Of a stretch of DNA of 64,000 nucleotides, positions 8,436-19,200 are shown in pieces. Within the stretch, counting starts at the first letter, position 1, and the number at the start of each line of letters is the position of its first letter. Source of the DNA: an uncultured virus (IMG/VR IMGVR_UViG_3300025102_000017) (Duplodnaviria; Heunggongvirae; Uroviricota; Caudoviricetes); the IMG/VR virus record IMGVR_UViG_3300025102_000017. The stretch is one strand, 5' to 3'. Position numbers and translations under genes: made by a program. The notes below the pieces were generated by a model. It saw nothing but the letters and a program-made list of their open reading frames with translations. It was not told the origin of the DNA and made no database searches.

Positions 8436-9649
8436 TGAAGAAAGAAGACCTTCTAAGTGACATAAAAAATAATTCTTTTTGTTCTTATCCATTTACCAAC
8501 ATTCGTAATGGAATGTCGCATGGTTATACACCATGCTGTTGGATGCAAACTCAACAATTAGTCGGTCCTGCTAATACGACACCATTTGATTATTATGATG
8601 GTCCTGAGGCGAAAGAATTGCGTCGTGCAATGCTCGCTGGTGAAATGTCAGAATATGTCAAAGCAATGTGTCAAAGATGTTTCTATAAGGAGAAACACTT
8701 TGGTACATCACCTCGTTTGATGAATGAGTTGTATGATCCCAAAATTTTAGATCATTATGCCGAAGATGGGAGTTATACGGGCACTGCAAGAAATCTGAAC
8801 CTAGAATTGAATTTTTATGGTAATACTTGTAACTTAGAATGCTATGGTTGCCATTCTGGAGATTCTACGACTAGAGACAGACGTTTAGAGCAATTAGCAG
8901 ATCTTGATAAGAGATATCCGAGAACTAATAAGTTTCCAGATACAGATCTCCTAAAAATTGATCAAGCTCAATTTAGTGACATTATAAGTGACATTTTAGA
9001 TAATGCAGATCGTATCAAGTCAATATCTTTCTGTGGTGGAGAACCGATGCTAATGAAATCCCATTTTAGGGTTTTAGATGCTCTTGCTGGTTCTGGTAAG
9101 TCAAGGTCTATTAGTTTGTCGTATGTATCGAATATGACGATATTTACTTTGAAGCAGATGCAAAAATATCTTGATAGATTCAATTATACCCACATTCAGT
9201 GGAGTTGTGATGGTTTGGGTGATAGGAACTATTATTTGCGATATCCAACTAATTGGGAGCAGACCTTGAGTCATGTGGACGAAATACGCGAGTATTTCCT
9301 TAGGACTGGTAAGGGGTCAATTGCAGGAACATATACTCCATCTGTTTTGTCTGTTTACAAGATCAAGGAAGTATTTGAGTTTTTTGAAAAACGTGGTCTC
9401 AAAAAACGTCCATTTCAGATCTATAACAACCTAGAAAACCCAGATTACCTCAGGGTCAATAATTTGCCCCATCCCATCAAAGAAGAGATCTATGATGATG
9501 TGAAAAGTGTAGATGAGTCTGTTGCTAAGCAGATGATGCAAAGTCCAATAACAAATGGATGGATAAAGGCGAAAAAGTATTTTGATGACCTTGACAGTCT
9601 AAGAAATACCAATTGGAGACAGACTTTTCCCGAACTTGCGGGGTACTAA
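8432..9649 (+). CDS. Radical SAM protein with N-terminal SPASM/twitch-like domain
   Basis: CNLECYGC (CxxxCxxC) and GGEP; N-terminal CSYPF...PCC...CQRC. Confidence 0.85.
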   Translation: MMKKEDLLSDIKNNSFCSYPFTNIRNGMSHGYTPCCWMQTQQLVGPANTTPFDYYDGPEAKELRRAMLAGEMSEYVKAMCQRCFYKEKHFGTSPRLMNELYDPKILDHYAEDGSYTGTARNLNLELNFYGNTCNLECYGCHSGDSTTRDRRLEQLADLDKRYPRTNKFPDTDLLKIDQAQFSDIISDILDNADRIKSISFCGGEPMLMKSHFRVLDALAGSGKSRSISLSYVSNMTIFTLKQMQKYLDRFNYTHIQWSCDGLGDRNYYLRYPTNWEQTLSHVDEIREYFLRTGKGSIAGTYTPSVLSVYKIKEVFEFFEKRGLKKRPFQIYNNLENPDYLRVNNLPHPIKEEIYDDVKSVDESVAKQMMQSPITNGWIKAKKYFDDLDSLRNTNWRQTFPELAGY

Positions 9650-9652
9650 ATA
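9646..9652 (+). promoter_or_regulatory. Late promoter (CTAAATA)
   Basis: Motif at the radical SAM stop codon, upstream of 9706. Confidence 0.55.
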
Positions 9653-9705
9653 ATATGGTATTATGCCTGCAGGCATGATGCCTTATTACAAATTGACCTA
9701 CATGT

Positions 9706-10470
9706 ATGGCTAAAGGTTTCAAGGTGGTGACGACTCCGCCTGAAGGTGAACAGACACAAAAGTCGGACGAATTTTCAATTGAAGCCGCAAGAGAGATGGT
9801 AAAGGGTAAGACCTTTGTCTTCTGCCTTCCTGGTCGCGGTGTATCATATATCTTCCTCAAGAACTTTGTACAACTCTGTTTTGAGATTGTGCAGCAGGGA
9901 GGTGCTATTCAAATCTCCCAAGACTACTCGTCAATGGTCAACTTTGCCCGTTGTAAGTGCTTGGGTGCAAATGTTCTCCAAGGTCCAGATCAAAAACCTT
10001 GGCAGGGCAAACTGCAATATGACTACCAACTGTGGATTGACAGTGATATTGTTTTTGGTCTTGAGCAGTTCTATCGTATCCTTTGGATGGACAGAGACCT
10101 TGCTGCTGGTTGGTATGTGACTGAAGATGGCAATACCACTTCTGTTGCACACTGGTTGGAAGAAGATGACTTCAAGAACAATGGTGGTGTGATGAACCAC
10201 GAGATGCTTGATGGTATTCAGAAGCGTCGCAAACCATTTACTGTTGACTACACCGGTTTCGGTTGGTTGTTGATCAAGTATGGTGTGTTTGAACACGAGA
10301 TGATGAAGTACCCCTGGTTTGCACCACAAATGCAGGTCTTTGAGTCTGGTGAAGTCCAGGACATGTGTGGAGAGGACGTTTCATTCTGCCTTGATGCTAA
10401 GAAAGCAGGGTTCGAGATCTGGTGTGATCCTAAGTGTCGAGTTGGACACGAGAAGACTAGAATCATTTGA
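9706..10470 (+). CDS. Conserved cyanophage GT-A-fold glycosyltransferase-like protein
   Basis: WIDSD (DxD), TGFGWLLI, GEDVSFC and VGHEK motifs; located upstream of gp25. Confidence 0.65.
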   Translation: MAKGFKVVTTPPEGEQTQKSDEFSIEAAREMVKGKTFVFCLPGRGVSYIFLKNFVQLCFEIVQQGGAIQISQDYSSMVNFARCKCLGANVLQGPDQKPWQGKLQYDYQLWIDSDIVFGLEQFYRILWMDRDLAAGWYVTEDGNTTSVAHWLEEDDFKNNGGVMNHEMLDGIQKRRKPFTVDYTGFGWLLIKYGVFEHEMMKYPWFAPQMQVFESGEVQDMCGEDVSFCLDAKKAGFEIWCDPKCRVGHEKTRII

Positions 10471-10487
10471 TTTTATAGATATATCAA

Positions 10488-10667
10488 ATGAATACGCTAG
10501 ATATGGACAGATACGATATATTCGTGGAAGGTCATCTAATTCACCACAATATAGATGAAGAGGAGATGGAAGAATATACTCAAGATCTAGCGGATGAGTT
10601 CTATCAGACAGGAACACCGCATCCAGAGAGTGTAGATGTCGTGTATGTCGGTCGAGATGAAGACTAA
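10488..10667 (+). CDS. Small acidic hypothetical protein (59 aa)
   Basis: Not in the track. MNTLDMDRYDIFVEGHLIHHNIDEEEMEEYTQDLADEFYQTGTPHPESVDVVYVGRDED; ATAGATA promoter variant upstream and a terminator downstream. Confidence 0.6.
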   Translation: MNTLDMDRYDIFVEGHLIHHNIDEEEMEEYTQDLADEFYQTGTPHPESVDVVYVGRDED

Positions 10668-10671
10668 TACT

Positions 10672-10696
10672 AGGGGGATCATTGATCCCCCTTTTT
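10672..10696 (+). terminator. Intrinsic terminator
   Basis: AGGGGGATCA/TGATCCCCCT inverted repeat followed by a T run. Confidence 0.75.
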
Positions 10697-10702
10697 CATG
10701 CT

Positions 10703-10709
10703 CTAAATA
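10703..10709 (+). promoter_or_regulatory. Late promoter for the baseplate operon
   Basis: CTAAATAAATA about 30 nt upstream of gp25. Confidence 0.65.
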
Positions 10710-10737
10710 AATACATCACGAAATACTAGGTCGCGCA

Positions 10738-11142
10738 GTGCCTCTTCAGAGAACATCGCTGCCATTCAAGGACATTTCACTGTCTTTCAAACGGCATCCA
10801 GTTACTAATGATATCATTCCTCTGAAGAATGAAGACGCTATCAAGCGATCTGTACAAAACCTGGTACGTATCCAACTAGGCGAAGTTTTCTTCAATAACC
10901 TACTGGGAACTAGGATTACGGGAGCTCTTTTTGAACTAGCGGACGGCGATTTTGTCGATCCAATCAAAACTGAGATTGAAACAACAATTACTAACTTTGA
11001 ACCTAGAGTGAAATTGACTCGGGTTGATGTTATTTCTGAACCAGACGCAAACAGTCTTGAGGTGACAATTTCTTACGATATTGTTGGACAAAACGCCCCA
11101 TCTCAAAGTGTATCATTCATCCTTGAACCTACTAGGCTATAA
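10738..11142 (+). CDS. gp25: Baseplate wedge subunit gp25
   Basis: FKDISLSFKRHPVTND, AIKRSVQNLV and ITNFEPRV; synteny with gp6. Confidence 0.9.
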   Translation: MPLQRTSLPFKDISLSFKRHPVTNDIIPLKNEDAIKRSVQNLVRIQLGEVFFNNLLGTRITGALFELADGDFVDPIKTEIETTITNFEPRVKLTRVDVISEPDANSLEVTISYDIVGQNAPSQSVSFILEPTRL

Positions 11143-13262
11143 TGGCACTAACACAATTTACAAATCTAAACTTTGAGGACATCAAGACCTCAATCAAAGA
11201 TTATCTGAGGGAGAACTCAAACTTCACAGATATGGACTTTGAGGGGTCTAACCTCTCAATGCTAATCAATCTGTTAGCGTATAATTCATATAGCACCGCC
11301 TACAACACCAATATGGCGGTGAATGAGACATTCATCGACTCCGCTACGCTGAGGGAAAATGTTGTATCTCTTGCTCGTAATATTGGTTATGTACCTCGCT
11401 CTGTCCGGGCGGCGCGTGCGGTCGTAGATATTTCTATTTCCCAACTTCCAAGTACCACTGAGACAGTCAGTATCTCTCCTGGAGTCATTGCTAACGGCAC
11501 TGTCTCTGATGTAAATTATATCTTCTCCGTACCAGAAACTGTTACCTTCCCTGCTAATGACACTGAGGCAGGTGCTTCGGTTGAAATTTTTCAAGGTCAA
11601 TATCTTGAAAACTCATTTACTGTAAACGACTCAATTCCTAATCAGCGATTTATTCTCCCTAATAATGGTATTGATACATCAACGATTACAGTAAAGGTAA
11701 GGAATAGTTCATCCGATAACACTGTAACTGAATACAGTCTAGTTGAAAGTATCATCGGTATTACTTCAACATCTAACATTTACCTGCTACAAGAAACTAC
11801 CGACGAGAAATATGAAATTCTTTTCGGTGACAATGTTTTCGGCAAAAAACTTCAGTCAGGTAATATAGTTACCGTTGGTTATATCAAGACCAATGGTAGG
11901 GCAGGAAATGGTGTTCGATTCTTCAATTTTGTCGGCACTCTAAAAGATCAGGATGGTTTGACTGAGAGTGGGTTTAGTGCCAATCTGTTTACTGACACAC
12001 CCTCTCAGAATGGCGACAGTATTGAGTCTTTGGAGAGTGTCAAGTATTATGCACCCCGCATGTATGCCGCCCAGAACCGCGCTGTGACGGCAAATGACTA
12101 TGAGGCAATCTTACCCTCCATTTATCCAAACATCGAGTCTGTGTCCGCCTACGGGGGTGAGGAGTTGAATCCTCCCCAGTATGGTCGAGTCTTCATTGCT
12201 GCTAAACCAAAGAATGGTTTCTTCTTGTCAGATTTGACAAAGAAGCAACTTCTAGTATCTCTGCGGGATTACTCAATCGCAGGTATTCTCCCATCCTTTG
12301 TAGATCTTAGTTTCCTGTTTGTTGAGATTGATACCTATGTCTACTACAACAGCAACTTTATTGGGGATGTTGATAATCTGAAGACAAACGTTATCAGTGC
12401 CTTGACCCTTTACGGTGGAGGGCGTGAAATCAATCGTTTCAGTGGTAGATTCAAGTACAGTGGCATCCAATCAACCATTGATGGTGTAGATACTTCTATT
12501 ACTTCCAATATTACTCTCGTCAGGATGCGTCGTAACCTGGTTGCAAAAATCAACCAGTTTGCACAATATGAAATTTGTTTCCTAAATCCTTTCTATTGCA
12601 ACAAAGGTTCTTACAATATCCAATCAACTGGATTCAACGTATCTGGTGTGGTGGGAACATGTTACTTCTCTGATAATAAGATTGATGAGACTCAAGGTGA
12701 TCTGTTCTTGTTCCAAATCCTTGATGACGACAGAGTTCAAGTAATCAACTCTAAATTCGGTCGTATTGATTATATGAAGGGTGAGGTTATTTTGGAGACA
12801 ATCAATATTACCTCTACCCTCGAACCCGACAATGTTATTGAAATTGAGGCAATTCCTCAGTCTAATGATATTCTTGCCAAGAATGAGATGTATCTCTCGT
12901 TTGATGTGGCAAAGAGTAATGTCTTCATGCGTGTAGACAGTATTGCAACAGGCAATAACAGTTCTGGTTCTAGGTTCATCTCACAATCTAGTTACTTCCC
13001 TGATAAGAGGGTTCGTGGAACCATTATAACTACTACTGCCGGTTCTACACTTATTGGTTATGTCAATGGTGAAAAATACTTTGGCGCATTCCACGTTATG
13101 GCGGATGGGACTAAGATGACCGGTTCTTCTCACAGTCCTAACAGTAAGTTGATTACGTCTACCCCCATCGTGACTACTAAAACAGTTACGAGTGTGTCAG
13201 CTACTACATCATCCACTACATCATCAAGTTCATATTCAGCACCACAATCTAGCGGATACTAA
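11142..13262 (+). CDS. gp6: Baseplate wedge subunit gp6 with C-terminal extension
   Basis: DFEGSNLS, DSATLRENVVSLARNIGY and QNRAVTANDY. Confidence 0.9.
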   Translation: MALTQFTNLNFEDIKTSIKDYLRENSNFTDMDFEGSNLSMLINLLAYNSYSTAYNTNMAVNETFIDSATLRENVVSLARNIGYVPRSVRAARAVVDISISQLPSTTETVSISPGVIANGTVSDVNYIFSVPETVTFPANDTEAGASVEIFQGQYLENSFTVNDSIPNQRFILPNNGIDTSTITVKVRNSSSDNTVTEYSLVESIIGITSTSNIYLLQETTDEKYEILFGDNVFGKKLQSGNIVTVGYIKTNGRAGNGVRFFNFVGTLKDQDGLTESGFSANLFTDTPSQNGDSIESLESVKYYAPRMYAAQNRAVTANDYEAILPSIYPNIESVSAYGGEELNPPQYGRVFIAAKPKNGFFLSDLTKKQLLVSLRDYSIAGILPSFVDLSFLFVEIDTYVYYNSNFIGDVDNLKTNVISALTLYGGGREINRFSGRFKYSGIQSTIDGVDTSITSNITLVRMRRNLVAKINQFAQYEICFLNPFYCNKGSYNIQSTGFNVSGVVGTCYFSDNKIDETQGDLFLFQILDDDRVQVINSKFGRIDYMKGEVILETINITSTLEPDNVIEIEAIPQSNDILAKNEMYLSFDVAKSNVFMRVDSIATGNNSSGSRFISQSSYFPDKRVRGTIITTTAGSTLIGYVNGEKYFGAFHVMADGTKMTGSSHSPNSKLITSTPIVTTKTVTSVSATTSSTTSSSSYSAPQSSGY

Positions 13263-13267
13263 TACAA

Positions 13268-16200
13268 GTGATTGAGACTTCTCTTACCCGAGTAAAAATT
13301 CATGAGGTAGTCGAAAGTCAGATTCCTGAATCGATTGATACAGAGAATCCGCTTTTTGGCGAATTCATGAAGCAGTATTACCTCTCCCAAGAGTATCAAG
13401 GGGGACCGGTTGATATTGCTGAGAATCTGGTAGAGTATAAAAGTCTTGACGTACTGAGCAATAATAACCTGACCGGGTTTACCACGGTTACTGAATATGT
13501 TGAGGGTTATCATGACACGATTTACGTGGGGTCAACCAAAGGGTGGCCTGGATCGTGGGGTCTGCTGAAGATTGATAATGAGATAATCACATACACTGGT
13601 ATTGGAACAACTTCATTTACTGGATGTAAGCGTGGTTTCAGTGGAATTGAAAATAACCATAAAACTAATCAACCTGAATATCTAACTTTCACTAGCACTG
13701 GGATTTCTACCCATGGTCTTGGTGCTAAGGTTCAAAACCTTAGTAATAGATTCTTACATTCCTTCCTCAAGAAACTCAAGAAGCAGGTTCTGCCTGGATT
13801 CTCTGAACGTCCTTTGAATGAGAAGGTCAATCAGAATAATTTTATTCGCCAAGCAAAAGATTTCTATAGAACGAAAGGTACTGAAGAATCTTTCAAAATC
13901 CTCTTTGGTGCCTTGTATGGTGAAGAGGTTGAGATGCTTCAACCTGCTCGTTATATGATTCGTCCGTCTGCTGCGGACTATTTGACGAATGATGTGCTGC
14001 TCGCTAAAGGCAAAAGTGGCGATGCACTAAAAATTGAAGGACAAACTATCAGTCAAGGTGATGGAACTTCTGCTTCTGTATACGCTGTTGAATCTTCTAT
14101 CGTTGGAGTCACTACTTACTACAAAATCTCCCTTTCCAAGGGTACAACACTTGGAACTTTCAACCAGATAAACAAGACCTATGTGACCCGTGAGATCCCT
14201 TCCGGCGCAACGGTTCTCGACGTTGATTCTACGGTTGGTTTTGATACATCAGGATTCTTCTCTCTAGAAGGGCAGGTTTATCCATATACCAATAGCAACT
14301 ACACTCAATTTATTGGGATCAATTCTACTACCTCACAGATTGCTATTGGTGCGACTGTTACTGCGGGATTGACTGCACTCTCCTATGAGAATGGAGACCT
14401 CTCCCTGCCAGTAGAGGTGGAGATTGTTGGTATTCTTGCATCTTACAGTGGATACTCTGAAAACCAACAGCGTCAAAGTATTATCAATGTCAAGCAAATT
14501 GGTAATAATGAGACTGACCTGAGGTTTGCTACTTGGATCCAAAACTCTGCATCTAAGCATACTCTTCTGGGATGGAAGAGTCTTGGACAGGGTAAGTATC
14601 AGTTAGATTTTAGTAGGACCCATGACTACTATAAAAGTGATACTCTAGACGTTGTAGATCCAGATAATAATGTTCAAACTGCCACAATCTCAACTATCCT
14701 GAGTGATAGTTCTGTGGTTGTCACTACGACAACACTAGATCCTAATATTGTTTATTTCGTTCGTCGCAATATCAAACTTCGTGATGGACATACTGCTGAT
14801 GTCCAGGCAACTTATCGAGATAATGGAGATGCCGTTTATGTTGCATCTAACAGTATCCCACACTGGGATATGGCTGCTTCCAAGCGGGTACGAGAGGTGT
14901 TCCCCTATCTGCAAACTCCAGGCACGACCATCAATCTGAATGATCACCATTTTGCAGATGGTGACATTGTTACCTATAAAGCATCAAATGGAGTTGCTTT
15001 AGATAACCTGATTGAGGGAGATTCTTACTATGTCAAACGTCTAAATGGTAACCAATTCTCATTATCACTCACTTTAGAGAATGTTCGCAACGGCATCTAT
15101 GTTGTAGGTATCACCACTGACGACTCCAATAGGCAGACTGAGCAGCACTTTACGCCCACTCAGTTCTATGGAATTGATAATGACTCCCAAAAACTTCTTC
15201 GCAAATTCCCGGTTCCTGAATTTGGTGATGGAGAAAAAGATGCAACCAAAGCAGGTGGCATCGGTTTGTTTGCGAATGGCGTAGAAATTCACTCGTACAA
15301 ATCTACTGAAAAAGTATTTTATGGTGCAGTCAGGAGCGTAGATGTTCTAAATTCAGGTGATGATTATGATATTGCTAATCCTCCCCGCCTGTCCCTTACA
15401 CAACCCAATCATACTGGATTAGGTGCATCTTGTGTAGCACTGGTTCAAGGCACCTTAGAGGACATCCTAGTGGATACTGAGGGTGTGGATTATCAAGAGA
15501 CACCTCTCGTTAGCATCAAAGGTGGTAACCACAAGGGTTCTTGTGTTATTAGACCTCAAACAAAGATCGTTCCTCAAGTAGTAACATTCGATGCCACCTC
15601 TGCAGGAGGAGTTGTAAATACAGAGCAAGATCGTTTCTCATTCCCTAACCCCCATGGACTGAAGCATGGTGAGGCAGTAATTTACAGTAGTTTTGGTACT
15701 ACTGAGGTTGGTATTGGAACTACGCCAGGCAACCTGATTGATGGTAACCCTTACTATGTGGTGGTCAAGGATGAGTTCGAGATCATGCTGTCAGAGTCAC
15801 CTGAGAAGGCACTGGCAGGGATTGGTACTATTCCTCTAGATTCAAATGGTGCCGGAACCCATCAATTCTCAACTATAAAAAGAAGAAACAAATTAGACAA
15901 AATTTATATTGAAGAACCTGGTGTCTTCTACAATAGAAAACTGCAGTTCTCATCTGGTACTGTTGGTATCAACACGTTTATTGATGCTTTCTTCTATCCA
16001 GATCATGGATTTGTAGACAATGATGAGATCCGATATGCTTCTCCAGATGGTGGTGATATTGGTGGTCTGACTGAAGGCACGGATTACTTCTGTCAGAGAC
16101 TTGATAAAGATAGATTCCGCTTGTCAACGGTGGATACTGGTGAGTCATACGTCTCACTCATCAATGATGGTAGTGGAGATCATATCTTAGGCGACCCTCC

Positions 16201-19200
16201 AATCTTCATCAACATTGTTGGACGCCAGGGCATTACTACAGCAAATGCCACTGCCACTCCTATTTTGAGGGGTAAGATTACTAGCGTTCAGGTGACTGAA
16301 GCAGGAACTAAATTTGGTTCTACTGTTATCAACGATAACTTCCGTCCAGATGTCACTGTAATTGAGGGTAAGAACTCATACCTTCAACCGTTTATTGTAA
16401 ATGGTAGAGTCGAATCTATCATTGTCAAAGCGGGTGGACAAGATTACTTCAATTTACCTGATATTGAAATCAGTGGTGATGGAATTGGTGCCAAAGCAAA
16501 GGCAGTCATTGAAAATGGCGAAATCAAAGATATCATCATGATTTACAAGGGTGTAAATTACACCCAAGGACAGACCACTGCAAAAGCAAGAACTCCTGGT
16601 TCAGGGTGCATTCTTTCGGCAAACTTGAAAGAATGGAATGTCAATGCTGTTGATCGTTATGCAAAACTGGGTCAGGTTGGTCTTGATGATGGATATTACA
16701 CCAATCCACGTGAGGCAGGATATGGTCTCCCTTACGTAAACTATTACCCTTCCCGTAAACTTCGGGACTATCTCGGAGATGAGGGTCAGACCCACTCTCC
16801 TATTTTGGGATATGCTTATGACGGCAACCCCATCTATGGACCATATGCTTTTGAGGGAACCAATGGTGGTGCTCTGAAGTACATGGAATCTAGTTACATC
16901 AAAGTAACTGGACAACGTTTTGATGGTCCTCCCATACTCAACTTCCCTGCTGGGTTCTTTGTAGAGGACTACAAGTATGTGCCTGGTTATGGAGACCTAG
17001 ATGAGCACAATGGTCGTTTTGCCGTTACTCCGGAGTATCCGAATGGCGTCTACGCTTATTACACAACAGTATCTCCTAATCTGGTTGCAAACCCTGGAGA
17101 TCCTTTCAACCAGAGTAGAACTCCCATCTTCCCCTATGTTGTGGGAGAAACATATCGTTCCAAATTAGAATCTAAAAACTTTGAGTTTGATTTCGACCAA
17201 CGTCAGGATCCCACTCAATATGGTCTGGTCAAGAATACTAGAGGATATAACATTGATGAGTATGAGTTCATCTCAAACTCTAATAAAGGAACTCTAATCC
17301 AATCACAAATTTATTCAACAGAAGAAGGTCCCGTTGAAAGGATCAAGATCGTTGATGGTGGTGAAGAGTACAACGTTGATGATAACTTAGTATTTGATAA
17401 TAATGGCACTCAAGGATTTGGTGCTATTGGTAGAGTTGCGAAAATTGTTGGACCCGTTGCTACTGATATTGAGTCTACCCTATTAGAACTTGATGATATT
17501 GAATTCCTTTTCAAAGAAGGAGTAGTAACTGGTATCAGCACAGTACCTCACGGATTGAATAACAACTCATTCGTGAAAGTTAGTGATGTTAGTTCACAGC
17601 GACACATTCAATTGCAAGGTATCCACCAAATTAGGGTACCTCAGGTAACATCAGGTATTGTAACGGCACTACAAACGATCAACGCCAATTCTGGTTTTAC
17701 TACCAGTGTTCGTCTTGCTGATAATGTCAACGTATTCAATGTCAATGATATTGTCCAGGTAGATGACGAGCAAATGAAAGTGTTTGGGGTTGATGAACTC
17801 CAGAACCAACTTGATTTGATTCGTGAGTTCAATGGTACTGTTGCAGCAGCACATACATTTGGGGTTGCTATCAAACAACTTCCCACCAGGTTCGAGTTCG
17901 ATCTTGAATATATTCCTGCTACACCAGAGAACTACACAGTCTACTTTGACGCTGGCAATGTAGTTGGTCTTGGTCTCTCCTATGGTGCAGTAAACAATCA
18001 CACCATTGATACTGTTGACTTCGGACAGCAGACTATTCCTACACGGTCAATCTTTGTCCCAAGGCATGAGTTTGAGACTGGTGATAAGATCACATACAAG
18101 TCTGAAAATGGCACGCGACTGAACTATCAACCCACCACAGGTGCTGGTGGAACAGATAGTGGTTGGACTTCACCTGTACCTGAAACTGATCTGTATGTTC
18201 AGGTGCTGAGTCAGAACACTATCGGTATTGTTACAACTTACAGCGGTATCAGTTCTGCTGAAGCAAGAATCATGTATTACCCAGATCAAACTGGTATTGG
18301 TAATACACACCTGTTCTTGACTGACAGAGATGCTGTAACTGGTAAGGTTAGTACCACTAATGTTTTGGTCACAACCAGAGATGATCATACTCTGCGACCT
18401 CTTGATAATATTGATATGACTGTGGTTTCAGCGGCAACGTCGTCTGTTTCCCTAGTCTATGATCCCGGCAGTCGCTTTGTAAGTATCGGCAATTCTGCTA
18501 ATCCCCGAATTGATGTCACTCGTGGCGACACGCTTGAGTTTGATGTCTCCGATGCGAGCATGGTGGACACCAAAATTCAGTTCTTCTTAGACCCAGAATT
18601 CCGTAAGGAATTTGTTGGTTCGGGTACTACTGATCCTCAGGTAACTTACAGCGGTGTTGCTGGAAATGCTAACGCAACAGCAACTGTTGCAATGGATACA
18701 GATGCACCAGAGATTCTGTATTATCGAGTCAATTCTCTCAGCAGTGTAAAAACTATTGATGAGAATATTGACATTGATGACTATAACAAGATTGTCGTCA
18801 ACAACAGTGTCTACAGTGCTGCTGGTACAATCAGCACGGTTGCTAGTAATCAATTCACGTTCAATGTCTTCAAACAACCTGAGCGTGTGGGTTACACCAC
18901 AGTAACGGCAAATATTGCATACCTGACTGACTCTAAGACTGATGCTGGTCCTGTGGCAGTTGTTGATCTTCTGTCTGGAGGAATTGGATACCGCGATGTT
19001 CCTAAGGTGAGTGTTGCCTCAACTAGTGGCACTTCTGCTCTCCTGCGTCCAACTGGTTCTAAGATCGGTAAGATTAGTGAGGTTCGGATTTCTGGGTATG
19101 GATTTGATTATCCATCTGACAAGACTCTGCGTCCTGAGGCAGCAATTCCCCAGATCATTTACCTCAAAGACAACTTCTCTATCGACCGTGTTGGAATCAC

